The notes beneath the pieces are model-generated. The model did not search any database and was not told where the DNA came from. It worked only from the letters and a program-made list of their open reading frames with translations. From the NCBI GenBank assembly GCA_030262895.1, contig JAJSZW010000001.1:16360-80359 (forward strand): a stretch of DNA of 64,000 nucleotides, read 5' to 3'. Positions within the stretch are counted from its first letter, which is position 1, and every line of letters begins with the position of its first letter. Shown piece by piece: positions 56,595-64,000 of this stretch. Made by a program: the position numbers and the translations under genes. Origin of the DNA: Deltaproteobacteria bacterium (lineage in GTDB: Bacteria; Desulfobacterota; Desulfobacteria; Desulfobacterales; ETH-SRB1).

Positions 56595-57395
56595 TTATAC
56601 TAGACGAGATTTGCCGCAGAACACATATAAACCGGATTTTTCGGCAAGGCATGCTATTGTAATGTTTAGCTGTGATGCAAGTTTAACGGCATTGGATGTT
56701 GGACGTGATATCGCAAGAATCACAGGGATACCGGCTCTCGCGGCTTTTTGGACAAGTTCGCAATTTATTCGCGAAGAAAGAATTAAAAGAGAGGCTTTGC
56801 AAAGCGTGTTATCGAGAAAAAGCTTGCCTATTGTTTTATCAAGAGCATTATGCCGGCCACCGTCTTCAGAAATAGATAAAAGTTCAAAATCTGAGCTGTA
56901 AAGGGCGGCTGCGTGAGATGAGCGAGTGCTTTTTCGTAAAGGCTGAATAGAGGAAAGATTTTCGAGGCGGTAAAGAGCATTAGAGAAGTCTAATTTAATA
57001 TTATCTTTTTCTACAGGGCAAATGACCTGGAAGTGAGTTCTAATTATATGCGAATAGCTAATATTCGATTCCTTTTGGGATGTTAAAGAAAATTTCTCAA
57101 ACAGTTGAGAAATCTCATTTCTTCTTGATTTATTTAGCAAGAGATTAACTTTATTACCATCTGATTTATTTGAAAAAGATAGTGATTTAATATCGTCCGG
57201 TTTGTCCACAATACCCTCGGAAAGACAAAATCCGACTGCAAGTGGCAGTTCGTCGCCCGGGGTTCGCATTGTAATAGAATATAATCTATCCTGTATAATT
57301 ATTTTAAGAGGTTCTTCACTAATTAGCTTGTGATGGGAAGAAGTGGTTTTGTTTTTATCCATATAGACCGCTGAATGTTTTAAAAAAGTATCCAA
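56595..57395 (-). CDS. fdhD: Formate dehydrogenase accessory sulfurtransferase FdhD
   Basis: 266 aa. FdhD blocks (GFCLSEGI, GGRHNALDKTIG, SRPTSNAVKLA). Confidence 0.85.
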   Translation of the reverse strand: MDTFLKHSAVYMDKNKTTSSHHKLISEEPLKIIIQDRLYSITMRTPGDELPLAVGFCLSEGIVDKPDDIKSLSFSNKSDGNKVNLLLNKSRRNEISQLFEKFSLTSQKESNISYSHIIRTHFQVICPVEKDNIKLDFSNALYRLENLSSIQPLRKSTRSSHAAALYSSDFELLSISEDGGRHNALDKTIGKLFLDNTLCKASLLILSSRINCELVQKAARAGIPVILAISRPTSNAVKLASQLNITIACLAEKSGLYVFCGKSRLV

Positions 57396-57437
57396 AATCG
57401 ATCACCTTTTTATGAAAGATAAGTGCATATAAAATGA

Positions 57438-57514
57438 GGTTCAGGGTCCAAGGTTAGAGAGCAATGAAGAAATCAAGGCAATCAACCGTGAACCCTTGAA
57501 CTGTTATAGTTACT
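57438..57514. repeat. Word hairpin related to the GTGAACCG family (copy f)
   Basis: ggttcagggtccaaggtt ... aaccgtgaacccttgaac, then ctgttatagttac. Confidence 0.5.
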
Positions 57515-57617
57515 GTTAAATCAAAATGCAAATATATCTTGACAAAAATTATGAATAGAATAATTATTAAAATTTTTAATTTTAAATATTATTGTAGTTT
57601 ATCAGGGAGGATATTTC

Positions 57618-57935
57618 ATGTACGCTGTAGTTTCTTCAGGCGGAAAACAATATAAAGTTCAGAAAGGTGAAATCCTTAGAGTCGAAAAGATCTCAGGGGA
57701 TATTGGCGTTCCTGTTACATTTGACAAAGTCCTCATGTTTTCGGACGGTGAAAATGTTAACATAGGACAGCCTGTTCTTGAAAATGTTTTAGTTAATGGT
57801 CATATAGTTGAACAGGATAAAGCAAAAAAGATTATTGTTTTCAAATACAAAAGGCGCAAAAGATATCGCAGGAAACAGGGACATCGTCAGCAGTATACTG
57901 CTGTCAAAATAGACGATATCTTGCAAAATAGTTAG
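57618..57935 (+). CDS. rplU: 50S ribosomal protein L21
   Basis: MYAVVSSGGKQYKV...; 105 aa; GGGAGG Shine-Dalgarno. Confidence 0.95.
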   Translation: MYAVVSSGGKQYKVQKGEILRVEKISGDIGVPVTFDKVLMFSDGENVNIGQPVLENVLVNGHIVEQDKAKKIIVFKYKRRKRYRRKQGHRQQYTAVKIDDILQNS

Positions 57936-57942
57936 TTTTATT

Positions 57943-58059
57943 GTAACTACTCAGGCGTTTAGACTGAAGGTTATAGGCTGAAGGAAACAGATGATTCCTG
58001 AGTGTTATTCTCTTTCCTAAAAGTCTTCAGTCTTCAGCCTAACCAACCTGAGTAGTTAC
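57943..58059 (-). repeat. A-family MITE-like element, copy A4 (short, inverted) between rplU and rpmA
   Basis: gtaactactcaggcgtttagactgaagg...cttcagtcttcagcctaaccaacctgagtagttac. Its reverse complement equals A3 minus a ~60-nt internal segment. Confidence 0.85.
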
Positions 58060-58088
58060 GTTTTATTTTATATTAAGGAGTTGTAGTA

Positions 58089-58385
58089 ATGGCACACAAA
58101 AAAGCAGGCGGCAGTTCGAGGAATGGTCGGGACAGTAATGCGCAGAGGCGCGGTGTAAAACGATTTGGCGGAGAAAATGTGAGGGCCGGCAATATATTGG
58201 TTCGCCAGTTGGGCACTAAAATACATCCAGGAGAGAATGTTGGGTTAGGAAAAGATTATACCCTGTTTGCTAAAATAGATGGTATTGTTGCTTATGAGCG
58301 AATGGGACGTTCTCGTAAAAAGGTAAGTGTTTATACCTCGGAAGGCCACAACTTGCGATCTTTCGCCGGCACTGAACACCAATAG
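58089..58385 (+). CDS. rpmA: 50S ribosomal protein L27 (C-terminal ~17 codons supplied by repeat D2)
   Basis: [16 protein letters not shown]... L27 similarity ends near KKVSVY. The tail [16 protein letters not shown] is read from the inserted element. Confidence 0.9.
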   Translation: MAHKKAGGSSRNGRDSNAQRRGVKRFGGENVRAGNILVRQLGTKIHPGENVGLGKDYTLFAKIDGIVAYERMGRSRKKVSVYTSEGHNLRSFAGTEHQ

Positions 58386-58492
58386 CTGCGTTGCTCAGGC
58401 TTGAAATAGCTTGTTATTCCGCACCTTCGCGCCTTGCTCTTGATGCTCATTGCTCACCGAAAAAAACGCAATTTATGGCCTTCCGAGGTATA
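58332..58492 (-). repeat. D-family nested-palindrome element, copy D2
   Basis: 17-nt perfect terminal inverted repeat tatacctcggaaggcca / tggccttccgaggtata. The reverse complement of the core (gcaaggcgcgaaggtgcggaataacaagctatttcaagcctgagcaacgcagc) is related to the D1 core. Confidence 0.8.
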
Positions 58493-58496
58493 CAGA

Positions 58497-59507
58497 GTGA
58501 AATTTATTGATGAGGCTATTATTACCGTTCAGTCCGGCGATGGAGGCAGAGGGTGTGTTAGTTTTAGGCGTGAAAAATTTATCCCGCGGGGAGGGCCGGA
58601 CGGCGGAGATGGAGGTAAAGGCGGAGATGTAATTTTAGAGGCATCATCTCAAAAACGCACACTTTATTTTTTTAGATATAGAAAAGATTTTAAAGCAAAA
58701 AATGGTGCCGGTGGTCAAGGCAAACGCAAGGCAGGCAAACATGGCGATGACCTTGTTTTAGAAATTCCTCCAGGAACCGTGATTGGCGACGCTGATACGG
58801 GACAAGTAATCAAAGATCTTACAAAACCCGGTGAAAAATATATAATAGCTAAAGGCGGCAGAGGTGGACGGGGTAACGCTCGTTTTAAAACATCAACAAA
58901 CCGTGCGCCTCGTTTTGCTCAGCCAGGTGAATCAGGTGAAATATTAAAACTTAAACTCGAACTCAAACTTCTTGCCGATGTTGGTATAATCGGTCTTCCC
59001 AATGCCGGCAAATCCACCCTTATCAGCGCAATTTCTTCAGCACATCCCAAAACAGGAAGTTATCCTTTTACAACTCTTGTCCCAAATCTCGGCGTTGTTA
59101 AAACAGACTGGGGAGAGCCTTTTGTCGTGGCAGATATTCCAGGTTTGATAGAAGGTGCACATAAAGGCGCCGGGCTTGGTATAAGATTTTTGCGCCACAT
59201 AGAAAGAACACGTATTCTTATTCATTTGATAGATTCGTCATCCATTGATCCGGCAGATCCACTTATGTCATATAAAACTATAAATAAAGAACTGGAAATG
59301 TATAATAAGGAGCTTGCAAAAAAATCTCAAATAGTTGTTCTTAACAAGATTGATATGCCTGATGCTAAAAAGGCTGTTGATATTTTTCAAGCTTTTGCCA
59401 AGGGGATCAAAATCATATTGATTTCGGCTTTAACCGGAGAAGGAATTGATAATTTAAAATCAAAAATTGTTCAATCCCTAGATAAATTAGACAAATTAGA
59501 TGAATGA
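58497..59507 (+). CDS. obg: GTPase Obg/CgtA
   Basis: (V)KFIDEAIITVQSGDGGRGCVSFRREKF, GLPNAGKST, DIPGLIEGA, NKID. GTG start at 58497 with GAGG upstream; the ORF-track start 58434 lies inside repeat D2. Confidence 0.9.
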   Translation: MKFIDEAIITVQSGDGGRGCVSFRREKFIPRGGPDGGDGGKGGDVILEASSQKRTLYFFRYRKDFKAKNGAGGQGKRKAGKHGDDLVLEIPPGTVIGDADTGQVIKDLTKPGEKYIIAKGGRGGRGNARFKTSTNRAPRFAQPGESGEILKLKLELKLLADVGIIGLPNAGKSTLISAISSAHPKTGSYPFTTLVPNLGVVKTDWGEPFVVADIPGLIEGAHKGAGLGIRFLRHIERTRILIHLIDSSSIDPADPLMSYKTINKELEMYNKELAKKSQIVVLNKIDMPDAKKAVDIFQAFAKGIKIILISALTGEGIDNLKSKIVQSLDKLDKLDE

Positions 59508-60645
59508 TAAAAGAAAAATATGTTTTGAAGACGCAAAACGCATAGTCGTAAAGGTAGGCAGCGGCGTTCTTACAGAAGATAATGGATTAAATTTAAAGGC
59601 TCTTAGATCAATCAGCAGACAGATTTGCCAACTTGCCGACAGGGGATTAGAGATAATTCTGGTATCATCCGGCGCAATGGCTTCAGGTATAAAAAAAATA
59701 GGACTTTCTAAAAGACCGGATGAAATCCCAAAAAGACAGGCCATTGCAGCCGTTGGTCAAGCCGGTTTAATCATGGAATACGAAAAGTCTTTTGCGCGAT
59801 ATAATAAAAAGGTTGCGCAGATACTTCTAACAAGTGACGATCTCGTGAATCGAAAGAGATATTTAAATGCACGCAATACTCTTTGTACCCTGCTGTCATG
59901 GCAGGTTATTCCAATAATAAATGAAAACGATACAGTTGTGGTTGAAGAGATAAAGTTCGGGGATAATGATAACCTTGCTGCAATGATAACCTTGCTTATG
60001 GATGCAGATATTCTTATTAACCTTACTGATATTGATGGTCTTTACACCAAGGATCCGCGCAAGAATAAGGATGCTGAACTTATTCCAGTAGTTACGACAA
60101 TTAAAAAAGATATTGAAAAATACGCAACCGATATTCCTGGTCCTTTGGGAACCGGTGGCATGCTCAGCAAGATAATAGCGGCAAAAAAGGTTACCGCCGC
60201 AGGCATACCTATGTTAATAGCCGGGGGTGAAAAGCATGATATTCTGATAAAACTCTTTGCCGGCAAAGAGCATGGTACTTTTTTTATTCCAAAAAAAGAA
60301 AAGCTGGCAAACCGCAAATGCTGGATAGCTTTTACATTAAAGCCTAAAGGAACCATCATGATTGATAATGGAGCTGCGGCTGCTATCCTTAAAAGCGGCA
60401 AGAGCCTTCTGCCGAGCGGTATTGTAAGAGTAGATGGGGAATTTAGCGTGGGTGCCGCAGTTGAATTCAGAAAAGAAAGCAATAATGAGATTTTGGGGAC
60501 AGGCCTTGTAAATTACTGTGCTTCCGATATACGAAAGATAATGGGGCTCAAGTCCGGCAAGATAAAAAAATATCTCGGGCATAAGTCCTATGATGAAGTT
60601 ATACATAGAGATAATCTGGCAATAACATATGAATGTAATGCATAG
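59500..60645 (+). CDS. proB: Glutamate 5-kinase (with PUA domain)
   Basis: 381 aa. Carries VVKVGSGVLT, SSGA and a C-terminal PUA domain. Overlaps the obg stop by 8 nt. Confidence 0.9.
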   Translation: MNDKRKICFEDAKRIVVKVGSGVLTEDNGLNLKALRSISRQICQLADRGLEIILVSSGAMASGIKKIGLSKRPDEIPKRQAIAAVGQAGLIMEYEKSFARYNKKVAQILLTSDDLVNRKRYLNARNTLCTLLSWQVIPIINENDTVVVEEIKFGDNDNLAAMITLLMDADILINLTDIDGLYTKDPRKNKDAELIPVVTTIKKDIEKYATDIPGPLGTGGMLSKIIAAKKVTAAGIPMLIAGGEKHDILIKLFAGKEHGTFFIPKKEKLANRKCWIAFTLKPKGTIMIDNGAAAAILKSGKSLLPSGIVRVDGEFSVGAAVEFRKESNNEILGTGLVNYCASDIRKIMGLKSGKIKKYLGHKSYDEVIHRDNLAITYECNA

Positions 60646-60656
60646 GAACAGTGCGC

Positions 60657-60850
60657 TTCAGGTATAATCAAATTCAAACCATGAAAAACTCACGCATAAG
60701 ATATCGTAAAGAAAGAACTTGCCACGAATGAAAACAATAGTAACAGTTGCCAATCCCTTAATAAACTATGACAAGATCCTGCAAAGTTCTTTCTTAACGA
60801 TCTCTATTGCGCTCAAACAGTTTCCTGTTTTGAATTCGATCACACCTGAA
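60657..60850. repeat. Nested-palindrome element between proB and proA
   Basis: Outer repeat ttcaggtataatcaaattcaaa / tttgaattcgatcacacctgaa. Inner repeat cgtaaagaaagaacttgc / gcaaagttctttcttaacg. The core contains gttgccaatccc. Confidence 0.7.
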
Positions 60851-60937
60851 ACTCACGTTCAGCCAGTTTGTTTCATAAAGGTTGCATAAAAATGAGTTTG
60901 TAAATTTCTGAAAAAACACAGCTTGAGGAGGAATCAG

Positions 60938-62194
60938 ATGTCTGTTGAGTCAACAATTGTTGAGATGGCAAAAGCAGCTAGAGCAGCTTCCGTTGAAATG
61001 GCAAGATGCCCTTCGGATAAAAAAAACGAAGCGCTTATAAGGATAGCTGATAATATTGAGAAAGAGGCGCCCTATATCCAGAAGGAAAATGAAAAGGATC
61101 TTTTACGCGCCGGGGAAATGGGGCTTTCCAATGCAATGATTGATCGGCTCACTGTAAAGGATTCAACAATTAAATCCATGGCAGATGGGCTCAGAGAGGT
61201 TGTCCGGATTCCGGACCCTGTGGGCTCGATGAGTAATACATGGCTTAGGCCCAACGGGTTGGAAGTGTCACGTATGCGCATACCTCTCGGGGTTATTGGT
61301 ATTATCTATGAGTCAAGGCCAAATGTCACTGTAGATGCCGCCGGTCTTTGCTTGAAAGCTGGAAATGCAGTGATACTTCGTGGAGGTTCTGAAGCTCTTC
61401 ATTCGAATCAGGCGCTATCTGCTATAATAAGTAATGCCCTTAAAGAATCCGGACTTCCTGAGGGAGCAGCGCAAGTTGTTCCTATAAGAGACAGAGATGC
61501 TGTTAATGTTCTTTTGAAACAGGAAGAATTTATTGATCTTATTATTCCTCGAGGCGGCGAAGGCCTGATACGTTTTGTGGTAGAGAACTCGAAAATACCA
61601 GTTTTAAAACATTACAAGGGCGTATGCCATGTATATGTTGATGAAGGGGCGGATATTGCAATGGCTGAGGATATTTGTTTTAATGCAAAAGTTCAGCGTC
61701 CGGGTGTTTGCAATGCTATGGAAACAATGCTTGTCCACAAATCCGTATCTGAGAATTTTCTGCCGGCCATGGGAAAACGTTTTGTTGAAGCAGGTGTAGA
61801 AATAAGGGGCTGCCCTGAAACATGTCGAATTTTGCCAGAGGCGGCAAATGCCGTGGAAGAGGACTGGCCGGCGGAATTCCTTGATCTTGTTCTTGCAGTG
61901 AAAGTTGTGGAAGATATGAAAGAAGCTATTACGCACATCGCAAGATATGGATCAAGCCATACAGATGTAATCGTGACTTCGGATTATAACAGGGCAAGGC
62001 GTTTTGTACGTGAAGTGGATTCATCAGTTGTTATTGTCAATGCCTCTACTCGTTTTAACGATGGGGGGCAGCTTGGACTTGGAGCGGAAATAGGTATAAG
62101 CACTTCAAAACTTCATGCCTTTGGGCCTATGGGTGTTAATGAACTAACAACAACCAAGTTTGTTGTTTTTGGAGAGGGACAGGTCAGGGATTAG
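60938..62194 (+). CDS. proA: Glutamate-5-semialdehyde dehydrogenase
   Basis: The ATG at 60938 follows GAGGAGG. Aldehyde-dehydrogenase-type ProA blocks ([19 protein letters not shown]). Confidence 0.9.
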   Translation: MSVESTIVEMAKAARAASVEMARCPSDKKNEALIRIADNIEKEAPYIQKENEKDLLRAGEMGLSNAMIDRLTVKDSTIKSMADGLREVVRIPDPVGSMSNTWLRPNGLEVSRMRIPLGVIGIIYESRPNVTVDAAGLCLKAGNAVILRGGSEALHSNQALSAIISNALKESGLPEGAAQVVPIRDRDAVNVLLKQEEFIDLIIPRGGEGLIRFVVENSKIPVLKHYKGVCHVYVDEGADIAMAEDICFNAKVQRPGVCNAMETMLVHKSVSENFLPAMGKRFVEAGVEIRGCPETCRILPEAANAVEEDWPAEFLDLVLAVKVVEDMKEAITHIARYGSSHTDVIVTSDYNRARRFVREVDSSVVIVNASTRFNDGGQLGLGAEIGISTSKLHAFGPMGVNELTTTKFVVFGEGQVRD

Positions 62195-62203
62195 GGATCG
62201 GGC

Positions 62204-62233
62204 AAAACCGTAAACCGTGAACTGTAAACCGTT
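62204..62233. repeat. GTGAACCG-word fragment (copy g) after proA
   Basis: aaaaccgtaaaccgtgaactgtaaaccgtt. One arm only. Confidence 0.55.
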
Positions 62234-62259
62234 ATTATTTATCATGAAAGGTCTATTTT

Positions 62260-62940
62260 TTGGAACATATAGGGTTGTTCGGAGGGACTTTTAATCCGAT
62301 TCACGTAGGGCATCTTAGAGCTATTCAGGAGGTGCAAAATCGTTTTGCCCTGGATAAATTTTATATAATCCCAACAGCCCTTCCTCCACACAAGGAGCCG
62401 GGTGATGTGGTCGATGCAAAATACCGCCTTGAGATGATTCGGCTATCTGTTTCAGAATATCCTGAACTTTTGAAGTCAGTTATTATTTCCGATGTTGAGC
62501 TAAAGCGTTCGGGCCCATCATATACCATTGATACCGTTAACCACTTTAAATCCATTCTGCCGGATTATTCCAATCTTTATCTTATTCTTGGTATTGACGC
62601 CTTCCTTGAAATAGATACCTGGAAATCTTTTTCAGATCTTTTTTATCTTACATCTTTTATTGTTATGACACGGCCCGGAGGTGTAGATGCTGAGGGAGCG
62701 TTGAAATGGAAAGTTCTTGAAGATTATATTAAGGGAAAAATATCCGGCACCTATAAATTTTCCATTTCCCGATCATGTTTTGTCCATGAAAAAAAACAGG
62801 CGATTTTTTATGTGGATATAAATTCACCTGATATATCATCAACTAAAATTCGTGATCTTATTAAGAAAGGCATGCCAATTAATTCCCTGGTTCCTAAGAA
62901 GGTGGATGACTTTATTATCAACAAAGGACTTTATATATGA
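62260..62940 (+). CDS. nadD: Nicotinate-nucleotide adenylyltransferase
   Basis: (M)EHIGLFGGTFNPIHVGH. Apparent TTG start; the nearest upstream ATG (62244) is out of frame. Confidence 0.85.
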   Translation: MEHIGLFGGTFNPIHVGHLRAIQEVQNRFALDKFYIIPTALPPHKEPGDVVDAKYRLEMIRLSVSEYPELLKSVIISDVELKRSGPSYTIDTVNHFKSILPDYSNLYLILGIDAFLEIDTWKSFSDLFYLTSFIVMTRPGGVDAEGALKWKVLEDYIKGKISGTYKFSISRSCFVHEKKQAIFYVDINSPDISSTKIRDLIKKGMPINSLVPKKVDDFIINKGLYI

Positions 62941-63290
62941 TTTATGAACACGATCCCTCTCTTGACGTTTACGTTAAATCAGCTTTGGAAAAAAAAGTTA
63001 TAGGACTGGTTGTTTTGGATGTTCGAGGGCTGACTTCTATTGCAGATTATTTTATAATTTGCAGCGGGCTTTCTAATCGTCAGGTTAGAGCGGTTGCTGA
63101 ATCTATTCAGGTAGATCTGAAAAAAAATGGAATAAAGCCGCTTAGCGTTGAGGGTCAAAAAGAAGGGCACTGGGTTGTTATGGATTATGGCCATGTTATT
63201 ATTCATATTTTTTATGAACCGGTGCGTACTTTATATGATCTCGAAAGCCTCTGGATAGATGCGAAAAGGATTACCGACTATAATGAATGA
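62937..63290 (+). CDS. rsfS: Ribosomal silencing factor RsfS
   Basis: 117 aa with the RsfS/IojAP pattern (ADYFIICSG.SNRQVRA..., WVVMDYGHVIIHIF). Confidence 0.9.
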   Translation: MIYEHDPSLDVYVKSALEKKVIGLVVLDVRGLTSIADYFIICSGLSNRQVRAVAESIQVDLKKNGIKPLSVEGQKEGHWVVMDYGHVIIHIFYEPVRTLYDLESLWIDAKRITDYNE

Positions 63291-64000
63291 TAAAAAATTT
63301 TGCATGCTGATTATCCTGGATGGATGGGGAATTAGTTCTAATAGCGAAGGCAATGCTGTCAAGCTGGCCAAAACTCCTTATCTTGACAGGCTTGAGAAAG
63401 AATATCCCCACACCAGCCTTTTATGTTCCGGAAAAGCTGTAGGCCTTCCGGAAGGAATTATGGGAAATTCCGAGGTCGGGCATCTTAATATCGGAGCCGG
63501 AAGGGTAGTATATCAAGCTCTTCTAAGAATAGATAAATCAATAAGATGCGGAGAGTTTTTTGAAAATAATGTTTTAAAGTCTGTAATATCAAAAGTTAAA
63601 GCAAATGACTCTGCCTTACATTTAATGGGACTTGTTTCAGATGGCGGCGTTCACAGCCATTTCAGTCATTTGCTGGCTTTGCTGAACATGGCAAAGAAAG
63701 AAGATATCAAAAATGTTTACATCCATGCTATTCTTGATGGTCGGGATACTCCTCCCGACAGCGGGGATGATTACATAAAAAGTTTGCAGAATCATATAAA
63801 TAAAACCGGCTTTGGAACTATTGTTAGTATCTGCGGGCGTTATTTTGCAATGGATCGCGATAAAAGATGGGACCGGATTGAAAAGGCCTATCGTCTATAT
63901 ACGCTTGGCGAAGGTGTTAAGGAAACGCATCCCGTTGAAGCTGTAAAAAATGCATACAGCCGGAATGAAACTGATGAATTTATACAACCGGTTGTTATTA
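63283..64000 (+). CDS. gpmI: 2,3-bisphosphoglycerate-independent phosphoglycerate mutase (5' part, runs off the window)
   Basis: MNDKKFCMLIILDGWGI...GNSEVGHLNIGAGR...DGGVHSH. No stop codon before the window end. Confidence 0.9.
   Translation, partial: MNDKKFCMLIILDGWGISSNSEGNAVKLAKTPYLDRLEKEYPHTSLLCSGKAVGLPEGIMGNSEVGHLNIGAGRVVYQALLRIDKSIRCGEFFENNVLKSVISKVKANDSALHLMGLVSDGGVHSHFSHLLALLNMAKKEDIKNVYIHAILDGRDTPPDSGDDYIKSLQNHINKTGFGTIVSICGRYFAMDRDKRWDRIEKAYRLYTLGEGVKETHPVEAVKNAYSRNETDEFIQPVVI

Noticed and set aside
1-64000. Scan for tRNA/rRNA/tmRNA/RNase P-type genes (T-loop GGTTCGAATCC-like motifs, long GC-rich structured stretches) in all intergenic regions.
   Set aside because: No convincing cloverleaf or conserved RNA signature was found by eye. 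A proper tRNAscan/Infernal run would be needed to exclude small ncRNAs.

Overview
This looks like a chromosomal segment of an AT-rich (about 40% GC by eye) sulfate-reducing deltaproteobacterium, Desulfobacterales-like. It carries dsrMKJOP, several sigma-54 activators and histidine kinases, an Mrp-type antiporter, ETF-QO and aconitase. I can support about 60 protein genes. They include an mrp cluster with an embedded degenerate sigma-54 activator, two tandem-USP genes, a four-gene two-component operon, an acuBC-like/CooC/MBL/ASKHA group and DUF4390-ntrY-ntrX-like genes. Also present are lpxC, dapA, ilvE, a UGPase, an EF-G paralog, a radical-SAM/TPR operon, acnA, dsrMKJOP, fdhD and the conserved rplU-rpmA-obg-proB-proA-nadD-rsfS-gpmI run. 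Two things stand out. (1) A mosaic accessory island of about 5.8 kb (about 41.6-47.46 kb) that appears GC-richer than its surroundings. It holds an orphan antitoxin with a truncated PIN toxin, two ~140-bp REP-doublet repeats and a frameshifted, truncated RayT transposase remnant. It also holds a tightly coupled pair, a large MmeI/PglX-architecture N6-adenine methyltransferase plus a separate small PD-(D/E)xK nuclease-like protein, followed by a Fic protein. The pair is a candidate uncharacterised restriction/defence module. (2) More than 25 copies of nested-palindrome intergenic elements in several families. Their arms are built from tandem 7-8-nt words and differ between loci, while they seem to share a related core. 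Some copies sit in the leaders of bioenergetic operons or rewrite gene ends, for example the L27 C-terminus. I recognised no rRNA, tRNA or CRISPR array. All calls come from reading the sequence and the ORF track only; no searches were run.
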